The notes below the pieces were generated by a model. It was not told the DNA's origin. It searched no databases and saw nothing but the letters and a program-made list of their open reading frames with translations. DNA of 64,000 bases, taken from the NCBI RefSeq assembly GCF_021028975.2, contig NC_059429.1, positions 138,446,001 to 138,510,000 on the forward strand. The letters run 5' to 3'. How positions within the stretch are numbered: position 1 is the stretch's first letter; every line of letters starts with the position of its first letter. Shown in pieces: positions 49,690-63,576 of this stretch. The stretch is from Sphaerodactylus townsendi. Taxonomy: Eukaryota. A program made the translations under genes and the position numbers.

Positions 49690-52600
49690 ATGGGGTGTGG
49701 CTTCTTCCAGCTATTTCAAATCTTTCACGTTTACCACAGAACCTATCCCTAAAAGCACCCAGGCAGTCACCGGTTTGGTTCACGTGGGCCTCCAGACCAA
49801 AGCTTTTCGGGGGCAGCCCTGTTGCAGAAAAATAAGATGGTGGAGCTGGACTCCGTGTGCTTATTTGTCTAAAAAATTCTCTGGTGCCGAACTCCCAAGC
49901 TGGACTGCTTGGGAGACAAGGAGACTACTGACCCATCAAAGCAGCACTCTCACTTGGCCACTGGCTGGAAGGGCTAGCCTGCCTTTTCCAGAAGTTGGTC
50001 GGATCGCAAACCTGGCAGCTCTTTCACCCCCCTCAAGATGTCAAGGCAACTTCGTTGGGCCGATTTCTTTTCTCGTTTCTCTTTTACAGATAGGCATTTG
50101 GAAAACCAACAAACTAGCTGACGCTCTCGCGCCACCTACCCGAGGGAGGGTGGAGCTGCCTTGGGACATTCCACGCACTCTTCATGCCCCCCCCTCCCAG
50201 TTGGGGTTGGCTGTCTGCCCGATCTCAAGCGTAGCCTCCCTCCACCCCCGTTCCCAGTCTCGTCTCTCTCCTTTCCCTGCAGGAATTGGAGGGAGAGGCA
50301 GGGCTACATGGAAACCAGCGGCTGAAGGGGACTCCCAATTGCACGTTTGGAGAATGGAGTTTGGCGGAGATGTTGTTTGTGCCTCTATACACATCACCAA
50401 GCAAGTTCTTGAAGCTTGCCACGATGCCGTTCGGCTGGACATTTGGCTTTTTTGAAAATCTCTGCATAGCCCGCCGGCAGTTCTGGTGGCCAGCGCCAAT
50501 GCTATAAAGACATTGAGCTTACATTAAAGGCTGCTCGGTTTGGTAGAAGCCAAAACCATCACATGGTTGGTGAAGCCTCCTGCGCCGCCCTTAGGAAGTC
50601 ATCTCCATGGATTTCATTACAGATTTGCCCGAAGTCCTTGGCAACCGTGGTTTTATAGGTGGTGGTAGACTTATTCGCCATGTTTCTTCCATGTGCTGCA
50701 TCCCTCCGCTCCGTTTCTCGTCTATGGAATTCCTTACATTGTAGCAGAATCACAATTCTATCTATATTCCTGTGCAGTGGATACTTGTCTTGCGTGGGAA
50801 GTTTGAATTTTACTGCGGAAGGTCGGTAGCCCCAAAGAGGAGCTCCGACCTTTCCCTTCTGGATCTGGAGACAGCAGGAGAGCGGGCTTCGCTGGTGGCT
50901 CTTTCCCGTCCCTCGTATCAGCACGAGTCTTCCTTTCCGTTGGAACGAAGGGCAGCGACGACCATAGGGACTTCCATGGAAGTCGTTTGGAAACTGTCTA
51001 TGGATCGGCGCCTGTGGATCAGATCTCTACCCGTTTCATGTGGATTGCAAACTCAGGTGCAAGCTGTCGCGGAGAGTGGGGCTTTCTACCTTTCATCGGC
51101 AACCCAGGAGGAATCCCATTGAAGCTGATTCCTGGACTGTGCTGGTGCCAGGAACCACCGTGGCACAGCACTGGGGCCCGTCCAAAGGACACGGGACTCA
51201 ACCTGGAATTGGGAGAATTATCCATTACGCTTCCCCAATCGGACCCCCATCCCGGTCCGGCGGCACGCACCTGAAGGTGCCTCGGGGAGCCACCGGTGGC
51301 CTCTGGCGGCTACTGTGTGTGTGGTGTCTCCGAGGGCTAAGCTTCCTGATAGCCTTGAAGAGTCTGAAGAAAGCCTGCATTGCGGGACATGAGAGGGGCC
51401 GGAACAGAAGTAGAGGCGACTTAGGGCCCCAGCAGCATGGAACCGTGAGCCAACTATGGGAGAGAGCGGGCACAGTTGCAGCAAGCGCTTGAAACCCTGC
51501 AGAAGGACCGGGAGTGTACTTGCCAAAGAAGTCCAGCTCGAAGTTGATTGGACGGGCAAGGCAGCGCTCCAAGCGGCAATAGCCGCGTCTGTCGGTGGTG
51601 AGGTCTCAGACAGTCCGGGCTGCGTTTGTACGCGCCTTAGCGTTCAGGCTCTGCATACATAAAAGTGATCACTGAAGCCCTTAAGCAGACCCGAACTGCT
51701 TAAATTAAGTGAGAAAAGCTGCTTTGCATGCGCACCAGATACGTGGCTTCATGGGAGAGAGCTGGCTGCTTTGGAGAGGAACTAAGGAGGCAACAGACCA
51801 GGGGCCCATAAGTTGGAACCTATGCTGTTACTGATCATGCGGTGCCAGGGCGTGCCGCAGGTCCTGCCACCCCAAGCGCCAGCCAGCGCCCGATTCCAGC
51901 CCCCCCTGTACAGCAGCCTGCCCAACCTGCTCAGCCAGCGCCAGCCACCTCTGGCGGCACAGGCATTGGTGCTTCCCATTTGATACCAGCCGTTTGGGTG
52001 GGGACGCTGAAACTTACTTCATCTTGCAACTCAATGCCCGCCCGGAGACTATGATGATCTATATACGGTCTGAGCGAAAAGATACGGGACGGCTCAGTTG
52101 GATGAGCCGACTGGTTCGTGACTGTTTTGGATTTGGGATGAGGACTCGCACAGTGCCCTCCAAGCCTTGAGAAGCTGGCCTTTCAAAGATCAAGCGCCGA
52201 GAATGAAGCTTGGCAGAATTTGGGACCTTTTTTTCAGATTACTAAAGAGTGATTAATGATGTCACTGCCAGCTTAGATTTACTATCTCTTAGTAACATCC
52301 ATCCTGTCTTCATTTAGAAAACTTGCTCGAGGGCTCCGGCTTCCGATGCCTGGCACGACCGGGAGGCTCGACTGTGTTGTTGGCCACAAGCACTCTGAAA
52401 TTGGCTATCCTGGATATACGGATGGCATTCATAACCGCTTGCAATATTTGGTCTCTTGGGTGGGATATTCTCTGGGTATTATTATCAATGGGTTTATTCC
52501 GAAAACATTGAAGCCCCCACCCTTATTTCTGCTCCACAGCCTTTCGCATAAACCTGGGGGAAGGGGTGCTTTCTTTAGGGAGGCAAGTGTAAAGGATTCA

Positions 52601-52841
52601 ATGGTGTTGATGGTGAAGTGACGCCGGAGTGCATTCCACGTGACGTGAATAAATAGGACTTTTATCTTCTTGGGGTGGTCGGTTATGGCCGGGGAGGGAT
52701 GGGGTGAGATGGCGACCTGTATTGCTTCTGGCGGGAAGTGTCATTCCTGCCACTGCGTGTACTTGAGCTTTCTAAGATGTCTTAATAAATGGACTTTTAC
52801 TACCAAAGCCTTTTATTTCTGCGTCTATGGAATTCCTTACA
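49690..52841 (+). mobile_element. Degenerate, rearranged Ty3/Gypsy chromovirus-like LTR retrotransposon with 3' LTR
   Basis: RNase H remnants (FTTEPI, PCAYLSKKFS, RQLRWADFFSRF, NKLADAL); integrase zinc finger and core start (QVLEACHD, ARRQFWWP, DFITDLP); gag-like segment; integrase C-terminus/chromodomain (HPVF, NRLQYLVSWVGY); purine tract; LTR 52588-52841 (TGTAAAGG..CCTTACA, AATAAA). Confidence 0.85.
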
Positions 52842-54379
52842 GGAGGCTTATCTGGGGAATTCGGATTAGCCTGTGCACTCCCACACACGCCAGCTGGGTG
52901 ACCTTGGGCTAGTCACAGCTTCTCGGAGCTCTCTCAGCCCCACCTACCTCACAGGGTGTTTGTTGTGGGGTCAGGGAGGGCAAGGAGATTGTCAGCCCCT
53001 TTGAGTCTCCTGCAGGAGAGAAAGGGGGGATATAGATCCAAACTCTTCTTCTTCTTCTTCTTCTCTTCTGTAAGGAGACTGAAAGGGATTTACAATCTCC
53101 TCCCCCCCCCCTCAACAAACACCCTGTGAGGCAGTGAAAGCCAAGAGAAAAAAACATGTCTAGATTAAAGGTCACCCGGCTGGCGTGTGTGGGAGTGCAC
53201 ATGCTAATCTGGTTCCCCAGATAAGCCTCCACAGCTCAAGCAGCAGAGTGGGGAATCAAACCCAGTTCTCCAGACTAGAGTGCACCTGCTCTTAACCACT
53301 GCACCACGCTGGTTCTCAGAAGTTGGGGGGGGGGGCCTTAAAGGCTCGCAGCCTGAGCTTCCATGGGTCGGAATTCACTCCAGCAGCAATGAAGAGAGAA
53401 GCGTTTCTCTTTGCCTCGAAGGTGCGACTGTCAGGACGGAGGCCAGCTTGCTACTGTTTCTGGGGCATCATTTGCACCCGTGGCCCTTTGCTTCAGCAAA
53501 CAGCAGGTCCAATTTAGACTGGGCTGGGTGAGGATGCCGAAGCAAAGGTGGCCAGCCGCTGGACACTCGCAGGAGCGCAGGGCAGTTGGGGGCAGGGGGG
53601 CTCAGAAGCCCACGGGACTTTCTTTCGAGGCCTTCACTCCAACCCACTAAGACAGGAGTCTTAGAAGCCAGGGTGGTGCAGCGGGTAAGAGCGGTGGACT
53701 CTACTCTGGAGAACAGGGTTTGATTCCCCACTCCCTCACATGAGCAGCGGACTGTTACCGGGAGATCCAGATTTGTTTCCCTGCTCCTCCTACACATGAA
53801 GCCCGCTGGGTCACCTTGGGCCAATCACAGTTCTCTCAGAACTCCCCACCTGCCTCACAAGAGAAGAGAAGAGTTTGGATTTATATCCCTCCTTTCTCTC
53901 CTGCAGGAGATTCAAAGGGGCTGACAGGAGACTCCTTGCCCTTCCCTCCTCACAACAAACGCCCTGTGAGGTAGGTGGGGCCGAGAGAGCTCCGAGAAGC
54001 TGTGACTAGCCCAAGGTCACCCCAGCTGGCGTGTGTGGGAGTGCCCAGGCTAATCTGAATTCCCCAGATAAGCCTCCACAGCTCAGGCGGCAGAGCAGGG
54101 AATCAAACCCGGTTCTCCAGATTAGAGTGCACCTGCTCTTAACCACTAAGCCACAAGGTGTCTGTTGTGGGGAGAGGAAGGGAAAGGAGCTTGTTAGCCA
54201 CCTGGAATCTCTTTACAAAAGAGCGAAACTCTTCTTCTTCTTGTGAGGAGGGCCAGATATGACATCAATGTGACTTGGTGGGGCTGGGCCAGGGAAGGGG
54301 GTGGGGGTTGCCTCAGCTGACTCGCAGGCCTCAAGGGGCTACATGTGGCCTCCAGGCCAGAGGTTTGGCACACACCCCG

Positions 54380-55560
54380 TCCCCCGGCTCTTCTTAACTG
54401 CGGGTGCCAGGGACCGAACCGCCCGCCTCCTGCGTGCCTGCCTGCCTGGCGGGGCTTCTTGCACTGAGCCTTCGGGGAAGCAGAGGGCGGCTGCTGGGCG
54501 CGGCTCGGGGGGAGGAGGAGGAGGAGGAGGAGGAGGAGGGCGGACTTGGAAGCACCTGCCCGGCCGGAGCGCGAGGCAGTGAAGGAGCCTCCCTCACGGG
54601 GTTGTTGTCAGAAGAGAGAAAGCGACGGCAGCTAGAAATCAGTGCAAAGGAATCCGTGCCGCCGGCCGGGGGTGGGGGGGTGTGGGGGGCTCCGGTGCCA
54701 TGGGGCGTCGCGGGTGCGGGCCGGGCCGGAGGGCGGCGGAGGCGGCTCCCGAGCAGCAGGCGAGCGAGTCCCGTCGGCCGCCGGCGATCCGCAGCCGCTC
54801 CGCATTGGCTCCGGAGGGATCCGGGTCAAGCCTGGGAGGCGCTTCGCGGCGGGGCGGGGAGAGGCGGCCATCGCGGTCCGGCCAGGAAAGGACGCAGCGG
54901 AGCAAGAAGCGCCGCCGCCGGCCCGGTGAGCCCGCCCGGCTTGCTGTTCCCCTGCGGGCGGGCAGGCGGGGCTCCTCGGGGCATGTGCAGAGGGCAGCTT
55001 GGCCCCTGAGGCCGCCGCCGGCCCCTCCCCCACCCCCGGGGTGCACGGCCTGCTCCCCCGCCTCCCGGTGCCATGGCGGACCCCCCCTCCCAGACGGAGC
55101 CCGGCCTGCCCTCTCCCCCGTTGCGGCGGGAGCGCGCTTCCCCGAGTTGGGCCGCCGTTAAAGGCCCCCGAAGGGCCAGCTGCCGCCGGGCGGAGCGGCC
55201 TGCAAAGCGCGGGGAGGCCGGTGCGATGCCCGTGGAGGCGCGACGCCGCCTTCCTCCTCCTCCTCCTCCTCCTCCCGGAGGCCCCCTCTCCGACCCCCAC
55301 CCCACCCCCGGCGCCGATGGCCGCAGCTGCGGGAATGGTCTCCCTGCCCAGGACCGGAGCGGCCTCTCCCCAACGGGAGGCTGCAGCCGGAACTTTCCGC
55401 TGGGGAGGCTGGCCCACGCGGCAGATTCGGGAGTGACCGTCCCGCCGCCCCGCCCCGCCCCCGCCCTGCTCTCTACGTGGGACCCCCCACCTGCAGCCAC
55501 AGGGGTCCCTCAATGGTCACTAGCCACCCAAGAGAACCTCCCCAGCCAGAGGCAGTGAGC
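54380..55560 (+). promoter_or_regulatory. SNX21 CpG island, promoter and likely non-coding exon 1
   Basis: Very CpG-rich; ATTGG at ~54804; donor CCG|GTGAGC after 54925; matching acceptor at 56818. Confidence 0.65.
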
Positions 55561-56432
55561 CTCGGACTCCCAGAGCCAGGAGGCAACAAAGGAGAGCCAG
55601 CTTGGCGTAGTGGTCCAGAGCAGGTGCACTCTAATCTGGAGAACCAGGTTTGATCCCCCACTCTGCCGCTTGAGCTGTGCAGGCTTATCTGGGGGAACCA
55701 CATTAGCTTGTGCACTCCAACACACGCCAGCTGGGTGGGTGACCCTGGGGGCTCAGCCCCACCCACCTCACAGAGCGTTTGGGGGGGGAGGGGAAGGGAA
55801 AGGAGCTTGTAAGCCCCTTTGAGTCTCCTTAGAAATATAAATCCAAACTCCTCCTCCTCCTCTTCTTCTCTGGGCCCTGCTGCTGGCCAAGGCAGCCTTA
55901 GACCGGATGCTGGACCGACAGTACTGGCCACGGCCCAATTCCAGTTCTTGGGGCTGCCCCTGGGCCCTCCCTGCTCCCTTCCGGAGCCGCCAGCCTCAGG
56001 CCCCTCGCTGGAATGACTTGCCAGGCGTGTCCCGCACGAGGCCCCGTGGCTTGAGTTTTGCCTTGAGCTCTGCAAGGGCAGGACTTCGGCCCAGCATCCC
56101 CCTCCCCAATTCCTCTGGCAGCCACTAGACCACAGGTGTCAAACTCGCGGCCCTCTAGATGTTATGGACCACAATTCCCACCATCCCCTGCCAGCATCAT
56201 GCTGGCAAAGGATGATGGGAACTGTAGTCCATTACATCTGGAGGGCCACGAGTTTGACACTTGCGCACTAGACCCTGTAGCTCAGCCGCTTGGGGTACTA
56301 GGCAAGGGCTCCCGGGAGGGACTCGGCCACAGGCCTGTAAGTGGCTCCCCACCCCCACCCTAGCCACCCCAAGTGTTTCTCCCAGGAAGCTGCCTTGGCC
56401 CGAGTCAGGCTCCTGATACAGCAAGGCCAATA

Positions 56433-56620
56433 CTGCCGAAGGCTTTTCACGGCCGGAATCACTGGGGTGTTGTGGGTTTTCCGGGCTGCGTGGCCGTGCT
56501 CCAGTAGCATTTTCTCCTGACATTTCACCTGTATCTGCGGCTGGCATTGTCAGACGAAATGTCAGGAGAAAATGCTACTGGAGCACGGCCACGCAGCCCG
56601 GAAAACCCACAACACTCCAA
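56433..56620. mobile_element. Inverted pair of Penelope-like pLTR fragments in SNX21 intron 1
   Basis: Palindromic about ~56550; the two arms share copy-specific variants. Confidence 0.75.
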
Positions 56621-56839
56621 TGTCAGTACTGTCTGCTCATGCGGGCAGCCGCTGTGTGTGGTCTTGGAATGAGTAAGCTCTTTCCCATCACCTCCTAGCC
56701 AATCCCCGTAACTGCAGAGCCCGGGGATCGAACCGGTGGTATCCTGCACGTCAAGCCGAGGCCCTGCCACTGAGCCACAACTGCTCCGGCTCAGCGGTGA
56801 CCAGCCTCTCCCTTGCAGGGTGCCCGCTGCTGCGGCACG

Positions 56840-58606
56840 ATGGCGTCACGCATCCTGCATCGCCTGCGGCACGCGCTGACTAGGGAGGGCGAGCAGGAGG
56901 GCCTCCCTGCCTGCGGCTCTGAAGCGGAAGAGTTCCCGGAGAGTTCCGAGCTGGAGGACGACACGGAGGGTCTCTCCACACGCCTCAGCGGGACGCTGAG
57001 CTTCACCAGCAACGAGGAGGAGGAGGCGGAAGGAGGCCCTGGCGGGACCATGCAGGACTTGGCGGAGGCCTTGGGTCCAGGACTGCTGAGCGAGGCCTCG
57101 GAGGACGGAGGTGCGAGTCTGGAGAGGGAGGTGGGAAAAGTGTGGCTGGACAGGTGCTCCCACACAGCAGCCAACAGCCAGAAACTGGGGGAGGGGCTGC
57201 CTGAAGGTGGGGGCCGCTGGTTGGCAACACCCAATGGCTTCTGCCAGGCAGCGGGCATCCAGGGGGCAGACGGAGTAGCGCAGAAGGCACTGCTGTGACC
57301 TCCTCCTGGCGGCTCCCTCTTTTGCCCCCCTCCCTTTCGTTGCAGAGCCTGGGCCCCCCTTGGCCGAGCACCAGGGCAGCAACATGCTCACCCGGCAGCT
57401 GCAGGAGCTCTGGCGGAAATCGCGGGGCAGCCTCGTGCCCCAGCGCCTCCTCTTCGAGGTGACCAGCACCAACGTGGTCAACGAGCGCAGCTCCAAGTAC
57501 GTGGTGAGTGAGGCGGGGGTCCCTGGCTGGGGAGGGGCCCTTAGCAGCAGGGTTGCCCCAAGGGGGAGAGCCCGGAGACCAGGAGGGAGGGAGGGGGACG
57601 CTTTGTTTCTCCCCCGAGGACAGTCCGCTGCTCTGGGAAGGAGTCGAAGGCCCATCTGCAGCTTGGACAGGAGAAGGGGCTGGTGGGGTCAGTGCCCCCC
57701 CTCTCCCCTCCCCAGGGCCTCTTTCCACATGGGGGTGGGCTTTGGAGGGTCCTGGCCCTGACTCTTGTCTTCTTTCTCCCTGCTGCAACTGGGCACGGCT
57801 GGCTCAGAAGAGCCTCAGGTAACCGGCTGGCACTGAGCTCTGCTTTGCCTGCTTTGGGAGGGTGGGTGCTGGTAGCTGATGGGGAGGGGGTCGCTTCTAG
57901 GTGCCCCCCTTCACCCTTCCTCTCCTGCCCACAGCTCTACACCATCTACTTGATCCGGGCAGGGCAGTTCGACAAGGCCCCCGCCACCATCGCCCGGCGC
58001 TACTCGGACTTTGAGCGGCTGAACCGGCACCTGCGCCGCCGCTTTGGCAGCGACATGGCTGCCGTCTCTTTCCCGCGGAAGCGGCTGCGGCGCAACTTCA
58101 CGGCCGAGACGATCGCCAAGCGCAGCCGGGCCTTCGAGCAGTTCCTCTCCCACCTGCACTCCCTGCCGGAGGTGCGCCGCTCCCCCGAGTTCCTGGAGTT
58201 CTTCTTCCTGGACGACCTGCAGGCGGCGCAGCGCTCGACGTGCACGGGCACGTACTGCGAGGCCCTGGCCGGGTGGACCAACGCCCACCGGCTCCAGGAC
58301 AAGCTGGGCGCCTCCCGCTCCGGCCACTTCCTGCTGACGCTGGCGGGGCTGGCCGTCTGCCACCAGGAGCTGGGCCAGTTGGCCGAAGCCCACGCCTACA
58401 GCGAGCAGGCCCTGCGGCTCCTGGGGGCCCAGGACAGCCACCCGCTGCTGGCCCCCTTCCTACTGACCCACGTCCACCTGGCCTGGATGCTGGGCAAGGA
58501 CAAGCGGCAGGCGGAAGCCCGGCTGCAAGGCCTCCAGGACACCGGGCTGGCCGGGCCGCAGCCCCCCTCCCTGAAGGAGCTCCTCATCAAGCACCCGCTG
58601 CCCTGA
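56840..58606 (+). CDS. SNX21: Sorting nexin 21 (PX domain and TPR-like C-terminus)
   Basis: Exons 56840-57110, 57346-57503, 57935-58606. MASRILHRLRHAL, PQRLLFEVTS, RRYSDFERL, FPRKRLRRNFTAETIA. AATAAA at 59136. Confidence 0.97.
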
Positions 58607-59267
58607 GCCAGGACGGAGGACGGGGGGCAGGCAGGCGGCTCCCGCGGCTTCTCTCGTCGGCAGCCACCTCTGCTGGGGGAGGGGAGGGGGCCGGGGTCTG
58701 ACCTGGGCTGCTTCCGACAGTGGTTTTTAACACTACTTGAATGTTTGAGGGGACGAGGAGGGGGCAGCGTCTGCCTCACGGGATGACACTAACTCCTGCC
58801 CGGCACAGGTAGGGAAGCCGTTGGGCAGGTAGGGAAGCCGCTTCTTCCTGCCCCTGCTGCTGGTTTCGGAGGGAGGGGAGTACAACACAGGTGCTGCTGC
58901 TGCCAGGGCAGCAACAAAGGGAAATCGGGAAGAGAGCTGTGCTGGAACTTCCTTTCCCCCAGCAACCCAAGCCCCCAGGAGTAGTGGTTTCACTTTTGCC
59001 ACCAAATCCCCCCCCCCCCAAAAAAATAATGGGGCCATAGGAAAGGGTTGGGGCCTACCCTCCTCATCACTAGAGACCACAGCCTCATGGGACTCCTCAG
59101 TCACTTTATTGGCCATAGGAACACTTCACAAGCCCAATAAAATAAGTGCTACTAGTGCTGACGTGTGAATTTTCTTGCACCTGTCCCGTCCTGGCCCCGC
59201 CTCCTGCCGCAGTAGCTGATCCTTTTAAGTCCGGGAAGTCCCAGCAGAAGCAAGGAAGGGGCTTGTG

Positions 59268-62200
59268 CTACAGTTTGCTCTTGGAGGGAGGTTCCTGCAC
59301 TCTGATGACGCCTTCTTGGGCACAGCTGACCGCCAGCACGCCGTCCCTGCGCCACAGTCTTCCGTGCACCAGCCCTCGGGACCCACCTGCAAGCGAGAGA
59401 GAGAGAGAGAGCTGAGCCAGCCGTGCCCAGCTCCACGCAAGGACTGTCTTGCCCTCTGCCCGGGCAGCACTTACCCGCCCAAGGGCTCTCGCATTCGTAC
59501 AGCATCCAGTGGTCGGCTCGGAAGGGAGCATGGAACCACATGGAGTGATCCAGCGAGACCATGAATCGGACGCGGTGGCGGTGATAGTGAGGTAGCAAGG
59601 CCGTGCCCAGAAACGCGTAGTCGGAGATGTAGGCAGCCACGCAGCAGTGCAGCTTCATGTCACAGTCACCTGTAAAGCAAAGGTTCTTTGCTGGCAGTCA
59701 TCTAAAGACTAGATGATTCCTGGGGCACAAGGCAGCATGTTGATTTCTGGAGCAACATTTTGCCATGCCTAAGGCAACCTCTGATGTCCCTACGCAGCCC
59801 AGACAGAAAAATGCAAGTGACCCTCAAGGCAGAAGAGTTTGGATTTATATCCCCCCCCTTTCTCTCCTGCAGGAGACTCAAAGGGGCTGACAATCTCCTT
59901 GCCCTTCCCCCCTCACAACAAACACCCTGTGAGGCGTCAGCAGGGAGAGCGGCCACAACTGGAAGGATCCTAACTGGAGTCTAAAAAAATACTTTGGACA
60001 ACACTGAATTGGCCCCCCTGATTTTTTCTTTGGTTAGCACATCACCAGACAAGAATTGAACAGGAGAAGGAGGAGTTTGGATTTATATCCCCCTCTTTCT
60101 CTTCTGTAAGGAGACTGAAAGGGATTTACAATCTCCTTTCCCTCCCCGCCCCCCACAACAAACACCCTGTGAGGCGGGTGGGGCTGAGAGAGCTCCGATG
60201 AACTGTGACTAGCCCAAGGTCACCCAGCTGGCATGTGTGAGAGTGCACAGGCTAATCTGAATTCCCCAGATAAGCCTTTACAGCTGAGGCGGCAGAGCGG
60301 GGAATCAAACCCGGTTCCTCCAGATTAGATACACGAGCGCTTAACCTCCTACGCCACTGCTTCTAGTCCTCAGAGCTGTGCAGCTACAGCTGATGCCAAT
60401 GGAGACAACGCTAACTGTCTTTTGCGACTAAAACCAGGTCAGATGAAGAGAACTCTGGCCTGCAGGAGCTTAGCCTGGCACCAAAACTTGGTTACCGTGT
60501 CGCATCTTCCAGCTGCAGTCACCAGGGACTAAAGTTCACCAGTTGCAGAGTTGTAGCCTGAATGTCTCCCTCTAGCTGCTGACCAGGAACTTCAGGTTAA
60601 AGGAAATTTACAGCAAGGTGGGTTTTCTGAGCACCAAAGTCAGGGTCTCCTGCAGGATGAATCCCGAGGATGCAAACACTTGGGGCCTCTTACCAATGTG
60701 GCCTCGGGCCCGGACCCAAAAAAGCTGTTTGGGCTCTTGAGGGTTCCGGTGGAAGAAGTCAGGCGGGTTGACCGGCTTCATCTCGATGGGGACTTCCTGT
60801 GCCAGCATCTTGGTCAGCCCATGTCTATACTTCTCCAAGAGGTTCGGGTCCCTTTGAAGAGAAAGCGGCAAGACTGAGAATGCTGGGAGGAGATGCGTGA
60901 AGAAGGGGGTTGGGCCCCAGCTGTGTTTCCCAAGGTTCTGCAATCTGCGGCTCTCCAGATGTTCATGGACTACAATTCCCATCAGCCCCTGCCAGCCTGG
61001 CAGGTTTCAGACCCTTGAAATATACCAATTGGGACGGGCAAAAGTTTCCATGAGTTGAAAATGAGTGATTCTGTGAGGTGGCACCAAACATCTCCCCCTG
61101 GCCCAGAGCCAACCCAAGGTGAGTTTTGAACAGGAAGTCAAGCCAAGCCCCTTTGTTCTTACCTTGCTGGAGTATGTCGAAGAAGCAAAGACAGCCCTCT
61201 GTCCCCCTCCCCCACTGCTTGGCAAGAGAGCCGGTGGCACCAGCGCAGCCGGGCATCTGCGTGTGCCAAGGACCGCCCCCTCCTGGCCACTCACTGCAGG
61301 TACTTCTGGATGAGCTCCTCCTGGGTCAGCAGCTCCTCTGGGAGGGGCACGTCAGGCATATGGAACTGGTGCTGGAGGGGGCTGCTCTGAGTCTCTTGGA
61401 AGGAGGCCTGGCAGATCAAGATGGGCTTCCCGTGCTGGACGGCCTTGACTGAGCGGACGGAGAAGCTCTGGCCTGTGCGAGTGCGCTCGACCTGGTACAG
61501 AACTGGCACGGACGGGTCCCCTGCAAGCAAAGGGCATGGCTGTCTCAGCTCACGGGACAGATGCTACATGAGCACTTACCAGGACGCTCCGGCATCTGAC
61601 CCATGGTCCATCTAGTCCAGTGGTGGCGAACCTTTGGCACTCCAGATGTTATGGACTACAATTCCCATCAGCCCCTACCAGCACTTAGCCAATTGGCCCA
61701 TTTTGGCTGTGTTAAGTGTATCCCAACATCTAAGAGTGCCAAAGGTGCTCCTGAAGATCTGAGTCCAATGCAGGTAGGTGCCCCACTGGACCATTTTGCC
61801 ATCCCACAGCCCCCTTCTGATCCACTGATGCCAATGGGCATCGCACCTATCCGTCAGGGCAGTGAGCTCTGCTAATGAGCCACTCCTTGTAGGAAGCTGC
61901 TCTCCCTTTTGGCCACTGTTGACCATACCCATAAAGCACAGGTGTCAAACTCGTGGTCCTCCAGATGTTATGGACATGATGCTGGCAAGGGATGATGGGA
62001 GCTGTAGTCCACAACATCTGGAGGCCCGCGAGTTTGACACCTGTGCCATAAAGTCTTGCCCACCTCCCCTGCCTCCCCCAGGAGACCCCCCCCCCCATCA
62101 CACCACTTCCCTTCCCCCCTCCCTGGACAGATGGGGCTGTCAGGTTGGGACTCCTTTGGAGAAGGAGGAACGGAGTCTGGGGAGGGCAGCGGTCTCGGGG

Positions 62201-62735
62201 GCTGGGGGGGGGGGTCCAAGGATGCAGAGCCCACCCTCCAAAGCGGCCCTTTACCCCAAGGAGGGAGATGGGCTGCGACCCCGGGGATTGCCCGGGCCCC
62301 GCCTGCCGGCTGCCACCCCACCTCCGGCGGGGGGGAGGGGGGGTGCTTTGCGGGGGAGGGGCGCCCACCTGCCCGGACGAAGTAGCAGTGGAGCGAGTGG
62401 ACCTGCAGCTCCTCGCCCACCGCCTTGGCGGCCGCCACCAGCGCCTGGCCCACGATCTGCCCGCCGAAGAGCCGCCGCGACACCGGCACCCAGTAGTGCC
62501 TCCCCCTAAGCCGGGCACAGAGACAGAGAGAGGCGTGAGGCGGCAGCGCCACAGGCCGGGACTCAACCGGTGCGGCCTCCACCCCCCGCTGGCCCCGGGG
62601 GCCCACTGACCGGAAGAGGTCCAGGTCCAGCGGCTCCAGGTTCAGCACGCTGGTCACCAGGACGCTGCGCAGGTCCCCCCCGCCCGGGGCAGCCGCCTCG
62701 CCGGCCGCTCCGGAGCCTTCGCTGCGGGCCGCCAT
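59268..62735 (-). CDS. ACOT8: Peroxisomal acyl-CoA thioesterase 8, 6 exons
   Basis: Exons 62735-62611, 62505-62369, 61520-61295, 60851-60694, 59669-59475, 59386-59268. RLFGGQIVGQAL, HSLHCYFVRAGD, MVSLDHSMWFH, AQEGVIR; C-terminal PTS1 SKL*. Confidence 0.98.

Positions 62736-63576
<841 letters not shown>

Noticed and set aside
49697-52621. Domesticated gag/RTL-type gene or a DIRS element
   Set aside because: Frames are fragmented, an LTR and purine tract are retained, and the motifs are Gypsy RNase H/integrase/chromodomain rather than tyrosine recombinase.
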